Below, one piece after another: positions 38,008-50,612 of a stretch of 64,000 bases of DNA (positions are counted from its first letter, which is position 1; the number at the start of each line of letters is the position of its first letter). Origin of the DNA: Carcharhinus longimanus. Lineage: Eukaryota. A program made the position numbers and the translations under genes. The notes under the pieces are model-generated. The model saw nothing but the letters and a program-made list of their open reading frames with translations. It searched no databases and was not told the origin of the DNA. Location of the stretch: contig JASCQW010000098.1 in assembly GCA_030264375.1 (NCBI GenBank), positions 46,505,109 to 46,569,108 of the forward strand, read 5' to 3'.

Positions 38008-39164
38008 GGCAACACTGGTCTCTTCCTGTTGGGAAACATTTCAGCGGTCATGGGCATTCGGCCTCTGATCTTCAGATAAGCGTCCTCCAAGGTGGTCTTC
38101 ACGACAGCGCAGAGGCGCTGAGCAAAGACTGATAACCAAGTTCCACACACGAGACTGCCTCAACCATGATCTTGGGTTCATGTCACACTATCTGTAACCC
38201 CCTTGACTTGCCTGGAGTTGCAAAATCTCAGTAACTGTCCAGTCTGGAGACAATACACTTCTCTTTAACTTGTGCTTAATGCTGTCTCCACTTACATTGT
38301 CTGTACCTTTAAGACTTGATTAGCTGTAAAGATTTGCATTTCAATCATTATTCTTAAATAGAGTCTGTGCCTTTATATGTCCTGTTTGTGAAAAGATCTC
38401 CCACTCACCTGACAAAGGAGCAGCAATGCTCTGAAAGCTGGTGGCGTTTGCTACCAAATAAACCTGTCGGACTTTAACCTGGTGTTGTAAGACTTCTTAC
38501 TGTGTTTNNNNNNNNNNNNNNNNNNNNNNNNNNNNNNNNNNNNNNNNNNNTGGAGGAGGTCTTGTCACAAGCTCAATTATTCTGCTGGCTAGCTCAACTG
38601 CCATGAAGTTGCAATCACAGCTCTTATAGCACCAGACCTGCAAACTCATCAGCTGATGTCGACTGAGCGAATCAGCAGCCAGCCCATTGGGTGATTCAGA
38701 GGGGAACTTGCCTGTGTATAATTATTGAATATTCCAAACACAATCTGGCGCAGGATCCTGCCATTCTGACCAGCAGGAAATGTGCCACCGGAGCCACCGC
38801 CCACTGCCCATAGACTCAAAAATGGTGAAATCTGCCCGAGGCTTCAGAAGTACTTCACTGGATTTCAAGCACCTGAGGTTGTGAAAGGCACGATATAATT
38901 GCGAGTTTTTTCTGTCTTTCTTTCTTCCTTCACATATTTAGACACAGCACAAATTATATTATAATCCTTAAAAGAACGAAGCAACATGAAGTGGCGCCAG
39001 AGCAGATGAGATGGCAGTACGTCTATATTTCCAAAGCCCTCTTTGGAGATACTTTAAGCATTGTTCAAGGGGAACAATTGTAAATTGTCTTGAGCTATGG
39101 AAGTGGCACTGGCAGCAAGGTGAGGATAATCCCTTGGGAGGCCTTGCCATCTGTACATGGTATC

Positions 39165-39386
39165 GGTGAGACCACACCTGGATTACTGTGCAAAGTCTTA
39201 GTCTCTTAAGGAAGATATACCTGTGTTGGAAGCAGTTCAAAAAGCATTCATTAGACTGGTTACTCAAATGAAGGGGTTACCCAATGAGGAAAAATCAGAT
39301 ATACTGGTCTATATGGTGACTAGTGGAGTGCCCCAGGGGTCGGTGCTGGGGCCTCAGCTTTTTACCATTTATATAGATGATCTGGA
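39165..39386 (+). mobile_element. CR1 RT fragments before a 715 nt gap
   Basis: LEAVQKAFIRL and VTSGVPQGSVLGPQLFTIYIDDL. Confidence 0.8.
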
Positions 39387-40208
39387 NNNNNNNNNNNNNN
39401 NNNNNNNNNNNNNNNNNNNNNNNNNNNNNNNNNNNNNNNNNNNNNNNNNNNNNNNNNNNNNNNNNNNNNNNNNNNNNNNNNNNNNNNNNNNNNNNNNNNN
39501 NNNNNNNNNNNNNNNNNNNNNNNNNNNNNNNNNNNNNNNNNNNNNNNNNNNNNNNNNNNNNNNNNNNNNNNNNNNNNNNNNNNNNNNNNNNNNNNNNNNN
39601 NNNNNNNNNNNNNNNNNNNNNNNNNNNNNNNNNNNNNNNNNNNNNNNNNNNNNNNNNNNNNNNNNNNNNNNNNNNNNNNNNNNNNNNNNNNNNNNNNNNN
39701 NNNNNNNNNNNNNNNNNNNNNNNNNNNNNNNNNNNNNNNNNNNNNNNNNNNNNNNNNNNNNNNNNNNNNNNNNNNNNNNNNNNNNNNNNNNNNNNNNNNN
39801 NNNNNNNNNNNNNNNNNNNNNNNNNNNNNNNNNNNNNNNNNNNNNNNNNNNNNNNNNNNNNNNNNNNNNNNNNNNNNNNNNNNNNNNNNNNNNNNNNNNN
39901 NNNNNNNNNNNNNNNNNNNNNNNNNNNNNNNNNNNNNNNNNNNNNNNNNNNNNNNNNNNNNNNNNNNNNNNNNNNNNNNNNNNNNNNNNNNNNNNNNNNN
40001 NNNNNNNNNNNNNNNNNNNNNNNNNNNNNNNNNNNNNNNNNNNNNNNNNNNNNNNNNNNNNNNNNNNNNNNNNNNNNNNNNNNNNNNNNNNNNNNNNNNN
40101 NACCCGAACAGACACTGGAGTGTGGCAATTAAGGGAATTTCACAGTAACTTCATTGCAGTGTTAATGTAAGCCTACTTGTGACTAATAAATAAACTTTAA
40201 AAAAAACA

Positions 40209-40335
40209 TGGGTGAGATTTTCCATCTGAGCTCGCCCCTAAACTGGAAAATCCTGAGGTCAATGGACTTTTGCATGGTCCACCCCCTACCCACTACGATT
40301 CCCATAGTGGGCAGGATGGGAAAATTTCCCCACCA
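40209..40335. mobile_element. Small MITE
   Basis: TIRs gggtgagattttccatc / gatgggaaaatttcccc. A similar-looking element lies at ~32490-32610. Confidence 0.5.
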
Positions 40336-41417
40336 TGAGTTTTATTAAAGAGAAGGATACAAATGTGAATATTGGGAGCAGAGTCAGGGAGATAGAAGTT
40401 TAGCAAACCTGAATTAGGTGAAACCTTGAATAACTGGGTTGTGCAAGTACTTTTTCTTGTTGGAGGAATAGTTGGATATTCCATCATTCTCTTTTGTATA
40501 TGCTGCTTTTATAATAGGTGAAGGGGTTATCTATTTAAAATAAATATCAAATAAGTTTAAAAGTTTTGGGGCACTTGTAAGATACTTCGTTTAATACTTG
40601 CATGAAAAATAATAAAGTCCGTGTCATATTTACTGCTAACTAGAAAGACTATAAAAGATGGAAGATTTTTATCTCCGATTGGCCTCCAAGTATTTCATCC
40701 TTCAGGAGTGAGCAATAAAGTTCATGTGAACATTGAATTCCATGGCTCCACACAGACAAATCAGAATATCTTGCTGTTTGCATTTGGTAAGAAAGAAATA
40801 CCAGTCATAGCTGCTGCAGCGTTATACAATGAACTCAATGTGTGCTATCCTCGCAGTAAATCACCTGGACCAGATAATCTTTCTATCTATGCAATTCACT
40901 CCCTCCTGTCCTAAAAGGGCTAACCCTATGCTGGATATAGTTCCACAGGCATCACCTGCTCACCAGTTCGTTTTCTGTTAACTTTAAGAGAATGAGACAA
41001 ACAAAAACATTTTTATATGAAGAAAAAATATAGAAAAAGAAAAGGAAGGACTTGCATTTAAAATGTGCCTTTAATAAATACAATGCATCCCAAATCACTT
41101 AACTACCAAGAAAATATCTTTTAAATACTGTCACTATTGTACTGTAGGAATTTCAACAGCTAATTTGCATATGGCAAACTCCCCAAAACAGCAATATACT
41201 GAAACTGGATAATCTGATTTTTGTGATGTTATTTGAGGGATATCAATTGAGTATGACAATAGTACAACTTTCCTGTTCTTCTTCAAAATTATGCTATGGA
41301 ATCTTTCACATCCATTTGAGAGGTGACCTTAACTTCTGATATTATGCATTCATTGGCAGGAAAGTATTCCTGTTTCCTTCAGATGGTAGGCATGTCCCAA
41401 TTCAAAGGAATCAGTAG

Positions 41418-41725
41418 GCTTCTCCCTCTTGGCTAAGATCAAGTGTAGTTTTGGCATCCTGCACTTGGTTGAAGTCATGAGGTTACACTGAGGCTTCATT
41501 TGAAGCAATTTTTTAAAGCGGCATCTAGGCTTTTTGGCTAAGATGCAAATAAGATCAAGCCTTGTAGAAGGTGCAATGCCTGCTCCAATCAGCTTGGAAT
41601 ATATAGATCAAGCCGAAGACAGGAAGTGGTGAGCTGGTTTTGTCTGCTTGGATCTGGAATGTCTCACATGCTGAGACTTTGAATTGGACTTTGGTTGGAT
41701 TGAATTGGATATAAACAAAAAAGAG
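41418..41725 (+). mobile_element. U2 snRNA-headed SINE-like element
   Basis: TTGGCTAAGATCAAGTGTAGT (41429-41449) is identical to U2 nt 17-37. A second U2-like unit lies at 41521-41544. The element ends in gaattgga-type repeats and an A-rich stretch. Confidence 0.6.
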
Positions 41726-41859
41726 TCAGCAAGTATAGGAAGAGATGGCTGAGCAAATAGTGTCAACAGAGTCAGTTCCAGGGTCCATTTGGAGTGTCAG
41801 AAAGGGCTTAACCATATATTAACACAAAAACAGAAAATGCTGGAAAATCTCAACACACA

Positions 41860-42039
41860 AAGGCTCTGTTTGTGCCTGTTTTATATGCTCTGTTTGAGAC
41901 CAGAACTCTCCCCTCACCTGATAAAGGAGCAAACCTCGAAAGCTTGTGGGTTTACTATCAAATAAACTGATTGGACTTTAACCTGGTGTTGTGAGACTTC
42001 TATTGTGTTTATCCCAGTCCAACACTGGCATCTCTACAG
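41860..42039 (+). mobile_element. Penelope-like 3' fragment with degenerate hammerhead
   Basis: cacCTGATAAaggagc...cGAAAGCTTgtg...ggactttaacctggtgttgtgagacttc, the same family as 37521-38507. Confidence 0.7.
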
Positions 42040-44181
42040 ATTGATATACTCAATGCAGGGTCAAACACAAGTGAAAAGGACAGTTCAGGAAATAGTTTGT
42101 TGGAAGCCAAATTTGGGTCCTGATTCATTTGAAGAATGACACAGTCAAAGAAAAAACGTTTGCCAAGTACCAGCAATTGCTCAATGCACTGACCATGCAG
42201 GTGTTTGACTCCACTATCTCCCTAGGACATGCTGGGAGTCAAAATAATTTGGGACTATCAGCCACATTGAGGATGGCAGTTTTCTTTCCTGCAGATGAGC
42301 TGTAACCATAAAAGAGGATGAGCAAAGGAAGTGGAACATATTATCTTCTTTCAGTTGCCACCCCATTCACCAATGTCTGCCCTGCTTTCAGATCCTGCAA
42401 TTGATGCAAGTGCACCCTCAAAATAAGGGAAGTGGTGTCATGGGGCACCAGGGCCAGTCTTTTATACCCCTGCAAGGGGGTAGGTGGTTTCACTGAGGTG
42501 AGGGCCACATTGTACCAAAGCCAAGGAATATCCAAAAATAAGCCTCCCTCCCCATCATAAACCCTACGGAAAGTCTTACTGGAGGATTTCCCCATATGAC
42601 CCCTATCATTGGCAAGTGCCAGCAGATGAGGGAGGAGGTCCATATTAGCCACTTAGGCTTGGGTTCCAAAAGGTTGTCAACCTCAAGCACTTTGGGGGTC
42701 CTCAACTTGGTCATAGCAACCTTCTACATCTCAAGCTGAAACCATTGGATAAGCATTTCAGACATGTAATAGAGTAAATGATCCTTAAGAAAGGCACAAG
42801 AGGTTCACATCAGCTGGGTGATAATTAGTTTGGAGGCATTTGTTTGAGGCAGTAAAATTCTAAACTTTAAGTAAATCTTTGGTGTACTATTTTCCTACAA
42901 TAACAACCCTGCAATGTTAAGTGACAGATATTTTATTGCTGATCTTTGATGTTAAGTAGGGGGCAAAGTCTGGAGCAGACACTCTGACTACTGTCTAGAC
43001 AGTGCTGGATTAATGGAGCAGATTGTGGATTGAACCTGGAAATGTTCAAGTCTGCATTACTAGGCAGTGCACTTATTGATAGAGATTCTCCCAATCTGCT
43101 AACTATCGCAGTATAGGGATGTGGAAAATGTTTCTAGTTCTGAGATTATCATTTTGTGTGATAAATTGTACATTTTGGAGTGTGAAAATATGGTAAAATA
43201 ATAGAGTTTACTAATTCATTATGATAATTTATAATATTACCTTCACTTCTCAACATATCAGCAATATGATGGCTTCCAATATGGGTTAACCAATTGGTCA
43301 GAGCTGCATTGGCCCAGTTTTCACAAGGTTCCATGTTTTTATTGAAGTGCAGAATCCAGCCTGAAACACAATAATAATGCCAAACTGACATGAATTCAAT
43401 GCTACTGAATGTTTTATATATTTTTCTATCAGTTAATTTATCATACTTCTAATTTTCTTTCATTCATAAGAGATGCTCAGCTGTTTTTTTTGTTAATGAT
43501 GCATTTTGTTGAATTTGTTTAACTTCAGTCACTCAGAACATTTTATGAATTTCAGAAAACAACCCGTGTAAAAACCTCAAAAAATACTATCATGGCTTTT
43601 AATATTGTTGACACAAATCATAAGTTTGCAGAATTAGAAAAGTCCATTTATGTAGAAATGGCGATTTGATTGCATTGTGAGATCATCTGGTCAAGCTTTT
43701 TTTGTGTCAAACTGCTCAGGCACAATGGCCATTTCAAACATGAGGCATTCTGTTGGAAACGGCAAGCATTACAACTTCAGACTGGCTAAAGAGCCACGCC
43801 AGAGCTGCCCAAATCTAGAAAACATCTTAATCAGCATGAGACGCAAATTGGAGGTAGCTCAGATCAGCTTGCTATAATAAAATAGTCACATGTTTTCAAT
43901 GCAATTCATTATACTTAAGAAACAACCATGCATTCATTTAACACAATCGTAATTAATGTCATGTTCTGTAAAAAAAACTTCACGCAGTACTTTTCCATTT
44001 GATGGTCTATGACATAGTTTTTTACTCAGTGTTATTATTTTAGAAAATAACCTTATTTGTCTAATTCATGACTGGGTGCAAGATTTGCATTTTAGATCAG
44101 GATCCCGACATTGGTCTCGAATCTGGGTTTCTACCCCACACTGTTCTGGGAGCAGGCACTGGCAGTGATTTTGCCTGATTT

Positions 44182-44532
44182 GGGGCAGCACAGTGACACA
44201 GTGGTTAGCGCTGCTGCCTCACAGCACCAGGGAACCGGATTCGATTCCAGCTTTGGGTGCCTATCTGTGTGAAGTTTGCACATTCTGCTGTGTCTGCGTG
44301 GGATTCCACCAGGTGCTCCGGTTTCCTCTCTCAGTCCAAAGATGTGCAGGTTAGATGGATTGGCCACGCTAAATTGCCCTTTAGGGTCCCAAGATGTGTG
44401 GGTTAGGGAGGATTAGCCGGGTAAATGCATGGGGTTACAGGGACAGGGAAAGATGCTCTGCTGGTGAGTTGGTGCAGACTTGATGGCCCAAATGGCCTCA
44501 TTCTGCACTGTGGAATTCTATGATTCTATGAA
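44182..44532 (+). mobile_element. HE1-type V-SINE
   Basis: Full element ending ttctatgattctatga. Confidence 0.85.
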
Positions 44533-47500
44533 TTGCCCTACTCGTGGCCAATTAGTGTCCAAGTAAGAACAGCAGTTGGGATCTCAAAGATGTAGGGCCA
44601 TCCAGTATGAAAGAAGCTGCCACCTGCCATTGCAGTTAAGGAAGAGAGAGTGTGGCTCCATTTTAAGGTTTCCAATCAGCAAGTCCAGTAAATTTAAAAA
44701 TGGCCAGGCCACTATTTTGGAGGGGTACCCCTCTGTAAGGCTGCATGTATCTGCAGCTGAAGCTGGGTAGTTGAAAAGGTGGGGGCTCAAAGGCATCTTG
44801 GGGCATTGGCCAATCTGTGCCAGCCCATCTCCTTTCTCACCCTCTTCTCCGAGCAAAAGCCCCAACCTAGGCATGCTTACTGTGCATGAGCAATCCTGGA
44901 AATCCTGATGGCAGCCCCACACGGAACATTTTCAGGGTCATCTTTGAATCAGAATTAGGAGGCAGTTGGTCACACATCAAGGTTATAATATTGGATTAAC
45001 AACTCAGCGGTGGCAAGTTCAAATTCCATAGTGAATGATAAAACTGTATTCAGTAAATCTGGTCAACATCTGAAAAATTACCGTGGAAGTTATCAGATTG
45101 TGGTTCAGTAATATTCTTCAAGGTAGGCAACTTGCAACCCCTAACCAATCCTCCATTCATTTAACAGCAGTTCCAATTTTTAAAATATTTTTGATGTGAC
45201 TTAGTGATCCACACAATTGTTGCAGAGCAGTATATTAGAAATGTAAGAAAGATTACCTAGGTAAAATATCAGGATAAGATGTGAGCAATGCTAGCCAGTC
45301 AGTCTTCCTCATCAATATCGAGGGAATTGTTCCCAAGATTGGAACACTGACCTAGATTGGTCAAACAACAGCTCGATACAATCATTCTACCTTTCAGCCA
45401 ATGTCCAAAATTCCCCCTTCATTCCTCAGTATATACTGTCCATATCAGCTGGGGCTGATCTAACATACAGTTGGATGGCCATGATCCTGGGAGTTCTCAA
45501 TAATGATTCCAACGTGATGCTTGGGTTTAATTCAAATAAAGCCATGGAAATCTCCCATTTACCAACCAACAACTGGCTATTTCTATACTCTTCTATAGTT
45601 TACCATGTTACAGGTACCAGTGAGAGAGGCAAGGAGAGAGAATGCACACTGGATCCAATACCAATGGCCACCGAGAGACTTAGTAGCACCACCACTGACA
45701 GAGCAGGCCAGTTGTGAAACTGGGTATATATTCAGGCGGTGACAGAATAACCTGTTTGACTTCATCCTCATGAACTTAATCTTTCCAAATATATCCATCT
45801 ATGAAAGCACTGGCAGGAGTAATCATTGTGAAAATGAGTCTTCACCAGGATGGCACAATGAGAATATCCTCCATTTCTATATATAATGTGGTGCTACCAT
45901 TCTTATTTGGACAAATGAAGGACAGTTAAAACTTTGGCATTCATAGGGAGCTATGGACCAACCGCATCAGCAACACAACTATATACCACCATAGTTTGTA
46001 ACTCCGTAGTCCACACATGCCTCATTCTTCCATAGCCATCATGCTTAGAAACTAGTGCTAACTTGCTGGTGAGTGTGAAAGGCTGTTCCCAGTGTAGTTT
46101 AAAAGATCAACTGATGGGATATGTCAATATATGATGCTGTACTAGTCATGTGTTAGATTCTCAAGACAGAGATTGGAATCATGCTTAAGAGCAACATACC
46201 TACTTTGAACGTTTGCAGTCTGTCTAAGAACAAAGTCTAAGAACATCCTAGAGTTCAAGACAGATATATCCAGTACAGAACATGGTGGCAATCATGGAAA
46301 TAGCAATGTAAAAAACGTGTTGATAGTTTTGAAGGAATCATAGAATGATTAAACCTTTGAAAGCAGTTAACAAAATATTGGTGGAAGGGGAAAGCAGATT
46401 GGAGAGAGGCAATGATGACTGCTCACCGAGTCCCTGCTCTTGAACAGCCCGTTTGACTGCCTCAATGGGCTGTAGAGTGGGAATTATGGAAACATCCATT
46501 TTCCAGTACTAAGCAGCATCAGGTCTCTACAAAAAGGAGCCAAACCTTCAGGTTAGGTCCTTTCTTTATGCAATATGTCCAATAACAGATTGTGTTCTTT
46601 TAAGGGAGGGTATACAGGAGTCCACTGCAGACTTTGAGTTCATTCTTTAAGCTTTTGATATCTTTCTATTGTCATGGAATTCTGTTATCGAGCAGATGGT
46701 TTGGTGGGTGATACAGTCCCAATTTCAAGCGTCACATTGGGCTGTAATTTGGGGTGACTCCTGGGCTTCATGTAGGTTGGCCCACAGGCAATGGCCCCAC
46801 CCATCAGATAACTGCTAAACCAAGCGGATGGATGGGAAAATTTTGTTGGCAGAAATTTGTGATGCTTGCATTGTGGCATGAAAACGTAACATGGAGACCA
46901 AGACTGACCAGCAGGGGGCAGAATACTTTTAATGTGGCAGAACTGGACATTACAAGTGGTTCTGCAAATCCAGCAATTTTAATCAAAGTCAAAGACCAGA
47001 TAGTATTTACAAAACACATTCCTTCCAAGTAATGGAAAGTCAAGAAAAAGACAAAATTACGGGTTCCATGGGAAAGTAGTTAGAATAATCCAGACTACTG
47101 ATCAATTACAATCCAAGTTCAAGGCTTTGATAAAATTGATACTGGGGCTGCTGTTAACAAATGAGCAAATGACTTTGACTTTCTTCTGCCAATGAGCCTT
47201 CGCCCAACAGACATCCAATGGCAAAGATTTGCCAATCAGAGGCAGGATTATTGCTGCTACCAGTTACAACAGGTGACAGAATATTGATTTCACTGAAGGA
47301 AGTGGATGGGAGTATTCTATCTCTGGGGCTGCCATTTGTGGACTGGAGGTGGTGTTCCTCAGAAATAACCCCTTCTTCCTACTCACCTGCTGCCTTAAAG
47401 TGACCATACCCCATCTTACCTCCCTCTTCCCTCCCTGTGCAAGATCCCCGATTTATCGCTTTCTGGTGATACATTTGTTCTGCTTCTGTTTTCTCATTGT

Positions 47501-47845
47501 AATCCCAGCAGCACTCACTAATGTGCTATTGGTGCTGCTGGAACTGAGGCAGTTGCCAGCAAATCAGATTGGTCAGCATCTTCCGAGGGCTGGATTTCCT
47601 TCCCAATGACAGGTGGAAGCCCTACACTGACTCTATTTAGCCCAACTGCAGCGCGTTATGGTTGTGGGATAGATCAGGGTGCAGCAAGTCATTTCTATGC
47701 TATCTTTGCTTTCGGTGGTGCGGGGAGAAATCAAGCCATACGCAACCCCCCCATTATATCCAGCCTACTCACTTTAATGCAATAATCATCAATGTTTTTA
47801 TTTCGAAGCAGTGGAAATTCAGCCTTTACACACAGCAGTAAGTTT

Positions 47846-47994
47846 GGTCAGGACCTTCTGACCCTGACACCAGTGAGCATCATTGTGGATGGGACTGGAA
47901 AATTTGGAAAGCTATTACAAGTGAATGGTTCCCTAAATTTTCCCATCCGGTCCACGATGAAGCCCATTGGTGTCAGGGCCGGAAAATCTAGGCC
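47846..47994. mobile_element. 149 bp fold-back MITE
   Basis: The whole element is an imperfect palindrome (ccctgacacca..tggaaaattt / aaattttccca..tggtgtcaggg) flanked by ttt on both sides. Confidence 0.7.
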
Positions 47995-48049
47995 TTTCTT
48001 TCTTTCACAGATACACCATCCACTCGACCTCTGGTAGACATGGAAGTTA

Positions 48050-49520
48050 TGAATCTCTTAGTTCTTCACAAAAGAGATGGCAGACACAGATGGCAGTGCA
48101 GCAGATGGTGACTATCTCCATGACAACCTCCAATGAATTGGTTCTCCCGAGAGATTGATGAAGAAGAATCCCTTGCAATATTGAGTCATCTCTTGAGGTT
48201 GATGACCTAGAGAATGTCGATAGATGCACCTTATGAAGTCTCTGTTGACTTTTTAGAGAAGAATCAGTTGTGCTTTGTGGCATTCAGATCTTAGTTTCAC
48301 TGAATCTATCAATGTATTGCCTACTTTATCTCCATTGTCCACAAAGAGTCTTCCATAAAAAAGATCTTGCTCCATACAGAGGATCACACTGTTACAAAGC
48401 TGGTACCTTGTCAGGGTGAAAGTCAATTGGCACACATGCTTCAGTCTCAACTGGACATCTTCTCTTTAGACCTGGAGGTCAGCACAGAAGTTGTAGAATC
48501 CTGTACAGCAATCATGTCTACAACACATTTGTCTCACTATAGGAGAAGAGGCTGTCTTGTCTACATATTCACATTAATCCCATTGCCCATAGTAGAACAA
48601 CCACATACAGAGTAGTGTGCTTCTTTTAACATTGCCTACTGAAAGCAGTTGTCTTCCCAAAGTAACATTGGGAAATCATCTTTTCTTTCTGAAAGCCATT
48701 TGGGAGGTTGGTCATTTTTTCCTTCTTTATCTAAGTTAATTGAAATCTTAGATCTTCAATGCCTTTTCAGTTTTTGATACGGTAATAGATGATACAGTGT
48801 TCTCTGGAAATCAAGATAATTCATCTTCTGAAGCTTATTTCCAAAGCCTTTTGAGGGAGCACCAAGTTCCTCAGAGTGTCCAGAGCTCTTCTTTCTAGTC
48901 CCAAAGAGTCTAAAGTTCAATTCTCTTTGGGCTTCTCTTTTAGATGAATCTTTTGTGGAAAAATCTTTGTTGTCCTGGTGGTTCTGTCATCCTGAAACCT
49001 ACACTCTGCTTCCTGGCAATGCAGCCAGCAATATAATGGAAGTGTTCTATAGTACAGGTGATGATATCCTACCAGATGCAGAAGAAAGCCCTCTTCTCTT
49101 CAAGATGTCTTTTTGAGAATACTGAGGGAAATTGAATTCCTCAGGGCCATGACTTGGGGAGGGCAAGAATTGGAGTTCCAGTTGAATAGAACCTATAGTT
49201 GTAAAAAAGGAGTTTCAGAAATGCAATGTAAATACTTGAAGACCAAGTTTTATGTTGTTATTAAAAAGTAGGATAGCATACATGGCGGGGGGGGATGTGC
49301 AGTATAAAGGGTTAACAAATGGAATATACTGATGTATGACATTGCTGATGATGTACCACTGACATCACTCAGTTAGGCTCGAGAGAGAGAGAGAGAAAGA
49401 GGTTAAAATCATGCCTAGGAGCAACGTGCCTACTCCAAGCTATTAAGATTTAGTACCAATTACCAATTGTTAAGAAGATACCAGAGTAAGTCTACAGTAT
49501 GTTCAAGAACCAAGTCCCAC
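48050..49520. mobile_element. Possible highly degenerate LTR-retrotransposon remnant nested in an old LINE (45290-46090 and 49560-49900)
   Basis: Decayed coding-like minus-strand sequence and an LTR-like segment with a GA tract. No intact ORF. Confidence 0.25.
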
Positions 49521-50212
49521 ACCTAAAGTCCAGGACAGAAGAACCCATCTGAGAACACTTAGAACTGCACCAGACATATCTTAGAATGGGACCGAGGGCT
49601 ACAGTACAAGGTTATTTACATGCTAAACAGCAAAAGTAACAGGTTATAGACACAAACCTAAGCAATCCTACAATCAATCAATCGGAGCAGAAACATTGCT
49701 ACCATTTCTAAAATCAGGTGAGAATAGTGGTGGGCAATCCTGCAACTAATAAAGAAAGATACTCCATGAATGTTCTGATCCTCATTGAAGGGTCCATCAT
49801 GAGTGCCAAAAAGAAGATCATAAGCCTTCTTCCGTGGACAGGTAGTGCTAAAATTGACCAAAATGTTTTAAAACTAACAAGGAAAGAAACCAAATTAATC
49901 TTAGTTATGAACATTATACCACAATTAATTCATAATCAGATTGTAAGGGAACATCTCACAAATAGTAACCATATCCAATTGAATTTTTATAAGATTTGTG
50001 AAGGAGAAGTATGAAATTGTGAACTAGGGTCTCAAATCCAAGTAAAGCAATCTTCAAAATGATGAACTGACCACAGTAACTAGACTGAAGTAGGAAAACA
50101 ATGGAAAACTGTTTGGTATCATAAAAAAAATCACCGTACAGTTTTAAATGGCAAAGGTTTCACAACTGTAGTTAAGGAACTACAGTCAACAAATAAGGTA
50201 AGACACAGTATT

Positions 50213-50612
50213 CATAGAATCCCTATAGTACAGAAGGGGGCCACCCAACCCATCGAGTCTGCACCAACTCTCTGAAAGAGCATCCTGGCCCGTAACACCT
50301 CCTGTGTGTAACACTGCATTTACCGTGGCTAATCCACAGTAAACCCTAATCCTAATCTACACATTTTTGGATACTAAGGGGCAATTTAGTATGGCTAAAC
50401 CACATAACCTGCACATCTTAGGACACTAATGGGCAATTTAGCATGGGCAATCCACCTAACCTGCACATTTTTGGACTGTGGGGGGAAACTGGAGCACCTG
50501 GAAGAAACCCATGCAGACATGGAGAAACTCCATAAAGTCACCCAAGTCCAGAATTGAACCTGGGTCCTTGGTGCTGAGAGGCAGCTATGCTAACCACTGT
50601 GCCCCCATGCCG
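50213..50612 (-). mobile_element. HE1-type V-SINE with internal ~52 bp tandem duplication
   Basis: The unit cctaacctgcacatct..ggacactaa.gggcaatttagcatgg recurs across 50351-50475. Confidence 0.8.

Larger units (their letters stand above)
37521..38507. mobile_element. Penelope-like element, ~1 kb inverted (palindromic) pair of 3' ends
   Basis: Arms ~37521-38007 and ~38017-38507 are reverse complements. Each arm carries a GIY-YIG C-terminal remnant and a hammerhead-like motif. Confidence 0.85.
36631..38837. mobile_element. TIR element (Harbinger-like) containing the Penelope palindrome
   Basis: Ends GGGCAGAATTCTCC and ggtgaaatctgccc are imperfect inverted repeats. The flanks join into a DeuSINE tail. 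Confidence 0.5.

Noticed and set aside
39223-40170. Long ORFs of 248-315 aa
   Set aside because: Almost entirely N gap; the real part is a CR1 RT fragment and a SINE tail.
41418-41449. Functional U2 snRNA gene
   Set aside because: Similarity stops at nt 37; there is no Sm site or 3' stem-loops, and the 5' end is mutated.
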